A stretch of DNA of 64,000 nucleotides from Acidobacteriota bacterium (GTDB lineage Bacteria > Acidobacteriota > Thermoanaerobaculia > Multivoradales > UBA5704): NCBI GenBank assembly GCA_040005235.1, contig JBDTZG010000028.1, positions 1-64,000 of the forward strand, given 5' to 3'. The notes beneath the pieces are model-generated. The model worked only from the letters and a program-made list of their open reading frames with translations. It made no database searches and was not told the DNA's origin. Every line of letters begins with the position of its first letter. Within the stretch, counting starts at the first letter, position 1. This document shows, piece after piece, positions 20,718-31,650 of this stretch. Both the position numbers and the translations under genes were made by a program.

Positions 20718-21163
20718 AGCTTTGCGCCGACCTCAACCGTGAGGGCGCGCGCTATCTCCTGATTGGTGGCTTCGCCGTCATTCTTCACGGCTTTGTGCGC
20801 GCCACGAAGGACATCGATTTTCTCGTTGACGACTCAGTAGAGAACCTGCAGGCGATCAAGAGGGCCATGGCGTGCCTGCCGGATAATGCCGCGGCGCTTC
20901 TGGCGGACGATGAGGTTAGTCGCTACAAAGTCGTTCGAGTTGCCGATGAGTTTATCGTCGACCTGCTCGGCGCGGCCTGCGGCATCACCTATGCCGAGGC
21001 CGAGAAAGCAGGCGTAGAGCAGTTCGAGATCGAGGGAGTCAAGTTGCCGGTGGCAGGCAAAGGTCTCCTGATTCGCACGAAAGAGACAATCCGCGAGAGC
21101 GACGCGCTCGACGTAAGATTTCTCCGCATGAAAATCGCCGAGGAGGGCGGGCGGGAAGGGTAG
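20660..21163 (+). CDS. Nucleotidyltransferase family protein (Pol-beta superfamily)
   Basis: IGGFAVILHGFVRATKDIDFLV signature, LIRTK...RESDALD. Confidence 0.8.
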   Translation: MDDEADGPFSRAPELEDLLKLCADLNREGARYLLIGGFAVILHGFVRATKDIDFLVDDSVENLQAIKRAMACLPDNAAALLADDEVSRYKVVRVADEFIVDLLGAACGITYAEAEKAGVEQFEIEGVKLPVAGKGLLIRTKETIRESDALDVRFLRMKIAEEGGREG

Positions 21164-21180
21164 CAATCCATCTTTTCGCC

Positions 21181-22179
21181 CTACAGCTCGCCGGTCAGAA
21201 TCCGCGCCATCACCTCGCCGTCGACGTTTCCTCCAGAGAGAATCACCCCGATCCGCGCGCCGCTCGGCGGCTCCACCGCTCCCGAAAGCAGCGCCGCCAC
21301 CCCCAGCGCCCCGGAGGGTTCGACGACCAGTTTGGTGCGGGCGAAGAGGAATCGCACGGCTTCGGCGATGGCGGATTCCGAGACCGTCGCCATGTCAGCC
21401 ACGTATTCGCGCACCAAGGGAAAGGTGAGCTTGCCGAGCGAGGGGGTGCGGGTGCCGTCGGCGATCGTCGGCGGGTTCTTCACCGTATGGAGCACTCCCG
21501 TGCGGAACGAGAGGGTAGCGTCGTTGGCGACCTCGGGCTCGACGCCGATCGTGCGGCAGTCGGGCGCGGTGCCTCGGGCCGCGATCGCTGAACCGGAGAG
21601 CAACCCGCCGCCGCCGCAGGGCACGAGCAGCAGAGCAAGATCGGGCTGCTCTTCGAGCAATTCGAGCGCTGCTGTGGCCTGGCCGCTGATGATCCGCAGG
21701 TCGTCGTAGGGCGGAATCACCACGGAGCCCCGCTCGGCTTGAAGCTTGGCCGCCAGCTCTTCGCGCGCCGTCTCGTCGGGATCGTAGAGGATGATCTCGG
21801 CCCCGTATCCGGCCGTCGCCTCGCGCTTGCTCGCAGGAGAGTTAACCGGCATCACCACGGTCGCCGAGACCCCCTGCTCGCGGCAGGCGAGCGCGATCCC
21901 CTGAGCGTGGTTGCCGGAGGAGAACGTGAGCACGCCGCGCGCTTTTTCCTCGGTCGAAAGTTGTGAGACGGCGTTCCACGCGCCGCGGATCTTGAACGCC
22001 CCGACCCGCTGAAGGTTCTCGCACTTCAAAAAGACTCGCGCGCCGACCGTTTCATCCAGAGCGCGGGAGGTGGCCACGGGCGTCCGGTGGGCGATGGCCT
22101 TCACCCGCAATGCCGCGGCGCGGACCTCGGAAAACAGGGACTCGAAGGAGGGGAGATCGGCAGAGGGGAGGGGGCTCAT
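21181..22179 (-). CDS. PLP-dependent threonine/serine dehydratase family (hydroxyaspartate ammonia-lyase-like)
   Basis: KCENLQRVGAFKIRGA, SSGNHAQG, GGGGLLSG, EPSGA, LSGGN; no ACT domain. Confidence 0.9.
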   Translation of the reverse strand: MSPLPSADLPSFESLFSEVRAAALRVKAIAHRTPVATSRALDETVGARVFLKCENLQRVGAFKIRGAWNAVSQLSTEEKARGVLTFSSGNHAQGIALACREQGVSATVVMPVNSPASKREATAGYGAEIILYDPDETAREELAAKLQAERGSVVIPPYDDLRIISGQATAALELLEEQPDLALLLVPCGGGGLLSGSAIAARGTAPDCRTIGVEPEVANDATLSFRTGVLHTVKNPPTIADGTRTPSLGKLTFPLVREYVADMATVSESAIAEAVRFLFARTKLVVEPSGALGVAALLSGAVEPPSGARIGVILSGGNVDGEVMARILTGEL

Positions 22180-22317
22180 GGCGCCATCCTCCGCCGGAGG
22201 CGACGTGGGGTCAACCCTACCTCTAGGCTGCGGTCTAAGGGCGGTCCATCCGGAACGGGCTTTGGAGCGTAGACCCGCTTAGAGCCGCGCCGACTGCGGC
22301 TCGGGAATGGAGTTTCG

Positions 22318-22908
22318 ATGCCTCTGAGCGCACCCGCGGCCAGCCTTCCTCTCGATCCTCATCTCGCCCGGCTGGCGGCCGAGGTTGCCGAAATCAGCGC
22401 GGAGACCGAGACGCTCTGCGCCGGTCTTTCCCCGGCACAGCTCGCCTGGCGTCCGGCGCCGAACCGGTGGGGGGCGGCCGACTGCTTCATCCATCTGACG
22501 CAGGCGGCGGAGGTCTTCCACCCGCGATTCTTGAGCGCGATCGAGCGCACCCGGGCGGCCGGTGCCAAGAGCCGTGGCGCATGGAACGGTACTTGGGCCG
22601 GGCGCCTGTTCCAGGCCGTTTCGGGTTCGAAAGTGCGCATACCCCTTCCGGCGCCTCCAGCGCTCCGGGTGGTGGCTGCGGCGCCTCCGGACGCGCATCG
22701 ACGCTTTCTCGCCCGCGAGGTCGAGCTGATGGAGATCCTTCGCCGCGCCGACGGTCTCGACCTCGGGTTCTCGACGACGGGCTCGCCGATTTCTCGCCGC
22801 TTGCGCCTGCCGCTGGGCGATGGTCTCGCGCTGGTCGTCGGCCACGCCCGGCGCCATCTGGAGCAGGCACGGCGGGTTATCCAGATGGCCAGGTTCCCGC
22901 GGAGCTGA
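22318..22908 (+). CDS. DinB family protein
   Basis: WRPAPNRWGAADCFIHL and HARRHLEQ metal His triad. Confidence 0.82.
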   Translation: MPLSAPAASLPLDPHLARLAAEVAEISAETETLCAGLSPAQLAWRPAPNRWGAADCFIHLTQAAEVFHPRFLSAIERTRAAGAKSRGAWNGTWAGRLFQAVSGSKVRIPLPAPPALRVVAAAPPDAHRRFLAREVELMEILRRADGLDLGFSTTGSPISRRLRLPLGDGLALVVGHARRHLEQARRVIQMARFPRS

Positions 22909-22970
22909 GCGGCAGGGTCGTGGGCGCCCGGGGGGGCTCAAGCCCGGACGCCCAGTCTCCCCTGATCGAT

Positions 22971-24635
22971 CTACAGTCCGATCGGCTTCAATGTGGGTCC
23001 CACGATGTGACCGAACTCGCCGGGCTCCTCGTGGCTGATGTCGTGGGTGAAGTGAGCGCCGTACCAGACCACGACGTCGGCGTTGTCGATCGCCTCGTGA
23101 TTGACGAACCCGTCGATCCCCGCCTCGTACGGCGGACCGATGGCCACCGAGCCGTCGTCGATCTCGTTGCCACGGTAGCGGACGAACCAGAGATCCCCCT
23201 TCGGATAGGGCCAATCGGGAGACTGGGTGGCGATCCCGTCGTGCGGCCCAGGCTGAATCTCGTAGCCGGTTCCGCTCGCGATGTTCTCGACCCGCCACTT
23301 GCGTTGGAAGATCGGTGCCCGCGCCCTCTGGGTCTCGAACGGGACGGTCTTCCATTTGCCCGACTGGAACGGCAGCTTGTTGTACTCGCGGACCCGGTTG
23401 CCGCCCGCGGTTGCGATGTCGAGATCGAGCCGCCAATAGCAATGATGGTGATGGACGTTGCAGACGCAGGAAGAGGTGTCGACCGCGGTGAATCCGAACC
23501 GCGGGCTAATCGTGCCATCCACGTGCAACCGCCATTCGCTGACGTAGCGATACCAGCCGGCTTCCATCTCGCTCACCAGGACGACTTCGAGGCCGTCGAC
23601 GTAGATGCCTACGCCGAGGTAATTGCCGAGATCCACTCCGGTGTCGAGGATCGTCTTCGCCTTAGAAGGGCAGATGCGAAAGCCGGGGGCCACGTCGTTG
23701 CCGGCCGGCGCCTGGATCATGCTCTCCTCGTTCTGCCAATCGCGGTAGGGGCCGCAGGCGTCACCATCGTATTTGACGTTCAAGATCGGCACGTGCCCGC
23801 GATAGAGCACCCGTTTGCCCTTGTAGTCGACGTAGCGCAGCTCGATTCCAGAGCCGTTGGTGCCGGACGAGGCGGCCGGCCGGACCGCCAGAAACTTCCA
23901 GATCGTGGCCCCGCCGTATTTGACGGTGATCCAGACCTGGCCGGCAATGTTTTGTGCGGTCGCCTGGGTCGCGTGCGGCAAACCGCAGGTGCCGAACCGG
24001 GCGAGCGAGGCGGCGGGGGCCCGCTCGGGGAAACGCACGACTTTCTTGGCTCCAAGGTTGACGCCGACGATCTCGTGCTCGCGGTTCGCGCCGCTTCCCG
24101 GGCCGAGCAGACCGACCGTGACGCCGCGCTCGCGGCTGCCGTCCTCGTGCTCGGTGATGTGCAACGGCGGCATCGGGGGATAAGCGCGAAGCTTTTGGTC
24201 TTTGAGCCGGGGGCCGATCTCCGGATCGCGCAGCAAGATCCTCACCGCCTCGTCGAACTCCGCCGCGCTCGCCCGCGGCTGATCGCCCTTTACGCTCACA
24301 TCCAGCTTGCGCGGATCGGCTAGGCTCCCGCGGGCGTTGATCGTGCGCTCGTGGGTGTAGTCGTACCAGGTGGCGACGAATCGATCGGGGGGCGACGGGC
24401 GTGCGCTCTTGCCCGCGGCGTCCGGGTCCTCCCAGCGGATCGAGAGCAGCCGGTTGCGCGTTCCGGCGAGCAGCTCGGCGATCTGGCGGCTCGCGATGAG
24501 GCGCTCGGCGAGCGCGGCCACCTCTTCAGGGCCCGGACCGTTGGTGCGGACCTGTACTTCAATCGCTGGGGATCTCACCGAGCGGGCGGCTCGGGCTTTC
24601 GGGGAGGACTTCTTCGGGGTTTTGCGTGTTGCCAT
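22971..24635 (-). CDS. Copper amine oxidase-like protein with non-canonical cofactor motif
   Basis: Ordered matches to the CuAO catalytic domain: KRVLYRG...YRD, GWYRYVSEWRLHVDGTI, HHHHCYWRLDLDI, DVVVWYGAHFTH. Confidence 0.6.
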   Translation of the reverse strand: MATRKTPKKSSPKARAARSVRSPAIEVQVRTNGPGPEEVAALAERLIASRQIAELLAGTRNRLLSIRWEDPDAAGKSARPSPPDRFVATWYDYTHERTINARGSLADPRKLDVSVKGDQPRASAAEFDEAVRILLRDPEIGPRLKDQKLRAYPPMPPLHITEHEDGSRERGVTVGLLGPGSGANREHEIVGVNLGAKKVVRFPERAPAASLARFGTCGLPHATQATAQNIAGQVWITVKYGGATIWKFLAVRPAASSGTNGSGIELRYVDYKGKRVLYRGHVPILNVKYDGDACGPYRDWQNEESMIQAPAGNDVAPGFRICPSKAKTILDTGVDLGNYLGVGIYVDGLEVVLVSEMEAGWYRYVSEWRLHVDGTISPRFGFTAVDTSSCVCNVHHHHCYWRLDLDIATAGGNRVREYNKLPFQSGKWKTVPFETQRARAPIFQRKWRVENIASGTGYEIQPGPHDGIATQSPDWPYPKGDLWFVRYRGNEIDDGSVAIGPPYEAGIDGFVNHEAIDNADVVVWYGAHFTHDISHEEPGEFGHIVGPTLKPIGL

Positions 24636-24811
24636 GGAGAGTCAGCTCCTTTCGCGCCGAGCACGGCCGGACGGCCGCGCAGTGATGGCGTATGTGATGG
24701 GCGAAGAGGGAGAGTGGCGCGTTACAGCCGCGCCGGGTTGGAGCCCGTCCAACCTCCCGCGAGCGCCCTCGGAATCGAAACCTCCGCGCGCGATGCACGT
24801 AGTCTTCGGCT

Positions 24812-27253
24812 ATGCCAAAGACTCGCCTTTTCTACGGGCAAGACGTCCGTTACGCTTTTCGCCTCCTGGCCAAGAGCCCGCTTTCTTCGCTCCTGACGGT
24901 GGTCGTTCTCGCCGGGGGATTGAGCGTGAGCATCTTCACTTTCTCCTTTCTCTATACGGCGATGCTCAAGCCGCTGCCGGTTCGGGAAGGGGAGGGCATC
25001 GTCAAGCTCCTCTCGGTGACGAACGGATCTTGGGGGGCGATCGACGCCGCGGATCTTGCCGCCGTTCGGCGTCGACTGACAAGCCTCACGGACCTCGGCG
25101 CCTATTCCTCTCGGGAGTTGGTGGTCGGCACGGGAGAAGGGACTCGCGCGATCCAAGCAACCGAGACCGAGTGGAACATCTTCGAGGTGACCCGGACCTT
25201 GCCGGCGCTCGGGCGCGGCTTTCGGCGGGAGGATCAAGTGGCGGGAGCCGAGCCGACGGTGGTGTTGAGCGACGGGGTCTTCCGGAGCGTCTTCGGCGGC
25301 GACCGCGATCTCATCGACCGCCATGTCGTCCTCTCCGGCGTTTCGACCCGCTTGATCGGGGTAATGCCGCCCGGCTACGGCTTTCCCGTGGCCTCGGAAG
25401 CCTGGGTGCCGATTCGGCCCGAAATCCTCTCTGCTACCGTTCCCAATCAGCAGGCGGTCGAGGCCTACGCCCGGTTGGCGCCGGGATCGAGCCGTCGACG
25501 GGCGGCGGCCGAGCTTTCGGCGCTCTTGCTGGGGGTGCGGCGCGCGCGTCCCGCGGAGGCTACCGCGGAGGAGCGGGCCGAGCCGACCGGGATGCGGGTG
25601 GAGACCTTTCCGATCGCCCAGATCGGCGAGGTGGCTCCCCTCCTGCTCGCCGTTCTCAATACCCTCGCGACTCTGATCCTGCTACTCGCCTGCGTCAACG
25701 TCACGAATCTTCTCCTGGCGCGCGCCAACGAGCGGGCTCGCGAGACCGCCGTCCGGCTCGCCCTCGGCGCGCCCCGGCCGCGACTGATCATGCAGTGCCT
25801 TTGGGAAATCGTCCTCCTCTGTGTCGCGGGCGGATCGCTGGCGACGGGTATCGCTGCGGCGGCTCTGGGGACCCTCAACGATTGGGCTCATGCCCACCTG
25901 GCGGGAAACCTGGCGTTCTGGTGGGTCTGGGGCTTCGACCGTACCCTCGGGTTCGCGGCCGGTGCCTTCGTCACCTTGGCGGTCGCGGTTTTGGGCGGAG
26001 TGGTCGCGGTGCGGGCTACCCGCACGGAGGTCAACTCCATTCTTCAGGAGGGTGGTGCGCGGAGCGGCGACCGGCGCGAGGGCCGCATGGCCCGTGCCCT
26101 GGTGGTGACTCAGGTGGCGACGGTTTCGGTGTTGATGTTCGTCGGCTGCATGTCGGGCGTCATCGCCTGGCGGGTCGTCCACGTGGACTTAGGTTTCGAC
26201 ACCCGCAACCTCCTTGAATCCTCGGTCGAGCTTCCGGCGGAGCGGTATCCGGACGCGCCCGCCCGGGGCCGGTTCTACCAAACGCTCTACGAGCAGCTCG
26301 TTGCGCGGCCGGAGCTGCTCGGGGTGGTTTTGCGTGAACCGCTCGCCTCGATCTCCGGCGAGGAGGGCGAGTTCGAGCTGAGGGAGCCGGGCGCCGCCTC
26401 GGCTCGTGCGCGGACTTTCGTCCAGGCGGTGCTCGGGCCGCTCACTCCGCTCGGTATCGATCTCCGCGCGGGCCGATTCTTTGACAGCCGAGACCGCGAA
26501 TCCTCCGAACCGACGGTTTTGGTGAGCCGGGCCTTCGCCTCGCGGACCTGGCCGAACCAGTCGCCGATCGGACGCCAGATCCGGCTCGTGGGCCTTGAAG
26601 AAAAGCGATGGCGGACGGTGGTCGGCGTAGTGGACGACGCAATGTTGGGCAACCCGCTCTCCCGCGATCGGAGCACGATCGCGGCCTACCTCCCGCTGCG
26701 GCAAACCGGGGCGGAAGAGGCAATGGTCCTATTTCGCCACCGCGGCAGCCGCCCCGCGGGCCAGTCGGCGTTCCACCAGACGCTCGCCGGACTTGATCCG
26801 CTGCTCACTCCGGCCGGCGTCCAGAGCTTCGAAGAGGTCTTGGCCAAGACTACGATGATCGCCCGATCGGTGGCCGGGCTGTTCGGAATTTGCTTCGGCT
26901 TCGCGCTCCTGCTAGCGGCGAGCGGCACTTTCGGGCTGATGGCCCGCTCGATCGGCCGGCGCACGCGCGAAATCGGCGTCCGGCGCGCCCTGGGCGCTTC
27001 GGAGCGAAACATCCTCCGAATGCTCTTGGGTCAGGGCGGCCGGCAGCTGGGCATAGGCGCGCTCTTCGCGTTGCCGCTCACCGTGCTCGCGGGGTTCGGG
27101 TTCTCGCATTTCTTTCCTGTCTCGTTCGGTCTGTCGGTCGGTGTCGCACTCCTGGTCGCCGCCTCGGTCGGTGCGATGGTGCTCGCCGCGACCTGGGTGC
27201 CAGGTCGCCAGGCGGTCGCGGTCGAGCCGCGAGACGCCCTCTGGCGGGAGTGA
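24812..27253 (+). CDS. Duplicated MacB/FtsX-type ABC permease (ADOP-like, orphan)
   Basis: Two permease halves: ACVNVTNLLLARA...RLALGA and RTREIGVRRALGA; no adjacent ATPase. Confidence 0.88.
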   Translation: MPKTRLFYGQDVRYAFRLLAKSPLSSLLTVVVLAGGLSVSIFTFSFLYTAMLKPLPVREGEGIVKLLSVTNGSWGAIDAADLAAVRRRLTSLTDLGAYSSRELVVGTGEGTRAIQATETEWNIFEVTRTLPALGRGFRREDQVAGAEPTVVLSDGVFRSVFGGDRDLIDRHVVLSGVSTRLIGVMPPGYGFPVASEAWVPIRPEILSATVPNQQAVEAYARLAPGSSRRRAAAELSALLLGVRRARPAEATAEERAEPTGMRVETFPIAQIGEVAPLLLAVLNTLATLILLLACVNVTNLLLARANERARETAVRLALGAPRPRLIMQCLWEIVLLCVAGGSLATGIAAAALGTLNDWAHAHLAGNLAFWWVWGFDRTLGFAAGAFVTLAVAVLGGVVAVRATRTEVNSILQEGGARSGDRREGRMARALVVTQVATVSVLMFVGCMSGVIAWRVVHVDLGFDTRNLLESSVELPAERYPDAPARGRFYQTLYEQLVARPELLGVVLREPLASISGEEGEFELREPGAASARARTFVQAVLGPLTPLGIDLRAGRFFDSRDRESSEPTVLVSRAFASRTWPNQSPIGRQIRLVGLEEKRWRTVVGVVDDAMLGNPLSRDRSTIAAYLPLRQTGAEEAMVLFRHRGSRPAGQSAFHQTLAGLDPLLTPAGVQSFEEVLAKTTMIARSVAGLFGICFGFALLLAASGTFGLMARSIGRRTREIGVRRALGASERNILRMLLGQGGRQLGIGALFALPLTVLAGFGFSHFFPVSFGLSVGVALLVAASVGAMVLAATWVPGRQAVAVEPRDALWRE

Positions 27254-27366
27254 ACCGCAGTGGGGGCTGAACGCCCGCCGACCTACCCGGCGGGTCGTTG
27301 CCTCGCCCTGGGCTTGCCTTTATCCTGTGCCTTCCGATCCGCCGAACCGACCTTCGAGGAGGCCGC

Positions 27367-29301
<1,935 letters not shown>

Positions 29302-29323
29302 GGGAAGGACCCCCTCCAGTATG

Positions 29324-30103
29324 CTACTCATTCGGGTGAATGACAGGGAAGGTGATGCCGAACACGCTGTAAGCAACCTCCTGTTCGGTAGTCCATAGGC
29401 GATGGTCGATGCCTCGGTATTCGATAACGAACGGAATTCGTAGAGACCTCGGGCCCTGCGACGGCATGGGTACCTCTAATAGCGCGCGCTGGAGCGATGC
29501 GTTAAAGTTGCTGACGTTTTCATGAATGAACTCGCCAGGCTGGAGGCTTTGGAAAGGTCCTCTCACCAATGAGCTGCGGTCGCCGATACTGATCTTGGGT
29601 ATATTGATGTTAACTGCTGACGCGAGACCAAGATTCACAATGCGGACTCTCTCCACGGTGTACTCTTGGCCGGTCTCTTCGTGCTCGACTGCTTCGCGAA
29701 AATATTCGTCTATAACTACCCAGGGCCTCTGAGGCATCGTGACTATCGTTCCAGGAGCTCGGCTATCCAGTTCGCTGAGTGCAGTTTCCTCAGCTAATTG
29801 TTTCCAGGAGCGTAGGATAGTTTCGGGAAACCGATTTACATCAGAATCGATGAGTTTTGCGCAGGTTTGGCAAAGCCAAATCGCATTTTCTGCAGACTTT
29901 CTCTGTGACGCTGTAATTTCTGGATGGTAGCGAGGTCCGCCTGGAGAAGCGGAAGTGATATGAGCTGCCACGCCAACATTGATCACACCGTTCCCAAGGA
30001 GAGCTGGGCCGCAGGTTTGTTTTCGGCACTTTTCATTCGAACAGTGGTTGGCAACGCGGTGAGCCAGTTCTGCTTTGATTTTTGCGCTGAAGTCGTCTCT
30101 CAT
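29324..30103 (-). CDS. Hypothetical protein with HNH-like Zn-binding N-terminal domain
   Basis: RDDFS...CSNEKC...AAHITSASPGGPRY...NAIWLCQTCAKLID; visibly lower GC than the flanks. Confidence 0.65.
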   Translation of the reverse strand: MRDDFSAKIKAELAHRVANHCSNEKCRKQTCGPALLGNGVINVGVAAHITSASPGGPRYHPEITASQRKSAENAIWLCQTCAKLIDSDVNRFPETILRSWKQLAEETALSELDSRAPGTIVTMPQRPWVVIDEYFREAVEHEETGQEYTVERVRIVNLGLASAVNINIPKISIGDRSSLVRGPFQSLQPGEFIHENVSNFNASLQRALLEVPMPSQGPRSLRIPFVIEYRGIDHRLWTTEQEVAYSVFGITFPVIHPNE

Positions 30104-30187
30104 CCGTAGAGCCTCTAGTTCTTTTGTTGATCGAGAGATCAGATACATCCACGGGCTCCTGGTTTAATTCTTGAAGGGCGAATTTCA

Positions 30188-30276
30188 AGGGCCGAAGGCC
30201 CATCCAATAATAGCCTAGGGCAACGCCCTAGGTTCCCGGTTCGCGCCCACCCCAAAAGGGCTGAAGGCCCGCACCA
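30188..30276 (+). repeat. REP-like triple-hairpin element, left copy
   Basis: GGGCCGAAGGCCC, AGCCTAGGGCAACGCCCTAGG and GGGCTGAAGGCCC hairpins. Confidence 0.8.
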
Positions 30277-30283
30277 TCCACCC

Positions 30284-30736
30284 TTAATCCCACACATACC
30301 GCTCATCGTAAGCCACTTTATATTTCGCCAGGAACGCCCGATATTCCTCCTGGAACGTGCGCGTTCGATGGTGCTCCTCCTGGTTGTCAATGTAGGCCAC
30401 CAAAGCCTCCAGATCGCCGGGGCCGACAGAGAACACGCCGTAGCCGCGTTGCCACGCAAAGTTCTGAAGATCGGGCGACTGGGTCTTGAGCCATTTTGAG
30501 GAGGAAGTCTTGAGCTCTTCGACGAGGGCGGCAATCGTGATCGTTCGAGAAAAGCGAATCGCCATGTGAACATGATCGGCCACGCCTCCGGCGCGATCGC
30601 AGAGGCAGCCCGCGTTGCGGGCGACGGTGGCCAAGTAGGCGTGTAGCGGTGTGCGGATCGTCGGTCCTATATATGCATAACGGTCCTTCGTGCTAAAGAT
30701 CAGGTGAAGGACGACGTTGGCTAGCGATTGTGGCAT
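30284..30736 (-). mobile_element. tnpA: IS200/IS605-family HUH (Y1) transposase, possibly REP-associated
   Basis: HLIFSTK, DHVH (HUH), FAWQRGY, catalytic YIDNQ; no tnpB adjacent. Confidence 0.9.
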
Positions 30737-30743
30737 GGTGAGT

Positions 30744-30833
30744 TAGGGCGGACTTTCAGTCCTTGGTGGGGTGCCAAACGGTCCTGTCCTGGGGCGTTGC
30801 CCCAGGCTTTTATAGGTTCGCGCCTTTGGCGCT
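30744..30833 (-). repeat. REP-like triple-hairpin element, right copy (inverted)
   Basis: Reverse complement reads GCGCCAAAGGCGC, AGCCTGGGGCAACGCCCCAGG, GGACTGAAAGTCC in the same order and spacing as the left copy. Confidence 0.8.
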
Positions 30834-30985
30834 GGCGGGATCGTACACCTCGCCGACGGGTGGCGGCGACTCAGCTTCCTTAGCGTGTAATCCCCCTTAC
30901 CGTTGGTGCCAAAGGGTAGACTGTGCTGAATCGGCACTGAGCACGGCCAGGAACCGCCGCAATCACCCTTCGATCTAAGCCAGGC

Positions 30986-31531
30986 ATGATCAACGTGAAG
31001 CCTTGGTTCCGCCGCACGGTCTTGATTCTCGGTAGCGCGATTCCTGTCAGTTTCGCCATTGGCTTTCTCGGCCATGGCGAATTTCCCGTGACGCATGTTG
31101 CGGTCCAGGCACTGGTAGTTGGTGGGTTCGTCTTTCTGGTCGTTGGCGGCGTGCTTCCCGCTACGCTGGCACGAGGGAAGAGCAGTGTCCTTCGATCGGG
31201 GCTGGTGTGTCTCGTCGCCGCGTTGCTCGTTTTTCCGGCGGCGCGGCTCGCCTGGCGCATCGACCTCTTCCGGTTCGACCGCTACGTTCGCCGCGAGCTG
31301 ACTACGAAGCTCGAATCGACCCGCGCCGCACGGGGCGAATATCCGGAAAGTTTATCCGCCCTCGGCTTACCCTCCGCAGCGAGTCCCTGGCTCTTGAAGC
31401 GAAGCGGTTTTGTACCGAAAGGAGGAGGCTTCACGATCTCGGTAATGGACCCGGGGGTTTGCGGACACCTACTGACCTACGATTCCGTTAGCACTCGTTG
31501 GGCCGAGTCGTGGGAGTCGTGCTGGTTCTGA
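30986..31531 (+). CDS. Hypothetical membrane protein
   Basis: Three TM segments followed by a short GEYPESL soluble domain. Confidence 0.55.
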   Translation: MINVKPWFRRTVLILGSAIPVSFAIGFLGHGEFPVTHVAVQALVVGGFVFLVVGGVLPATLARGKSSVLRSGLVCLVAALLVFPAARLAWRIDLFRFDRYVRRELTTKLESTRAARGEYPESLSALGLPSAASPWLLKRSGFVPKGGGFTISVMDPGVCGHLLTYDSVSTRWAESWESCWF

Positions 31532-31650
31532 GGACCGGGTCTGCCCGTCCCATGGGATCCGGGATTCGGACCGGACACCACGGGCTGAGAGCTCGCGAGA
31601 GATAGGATCTCTTCTCCTGAGAGAGCACACAGGAAAGGGAAGCCTCACAG

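Noticed and set aside
30743-31096. TnpB or accessory gene beside tnpA
   Set aside because: No RuvC or Zn-ribbon motifs; the ORF runs through the hairpin arm
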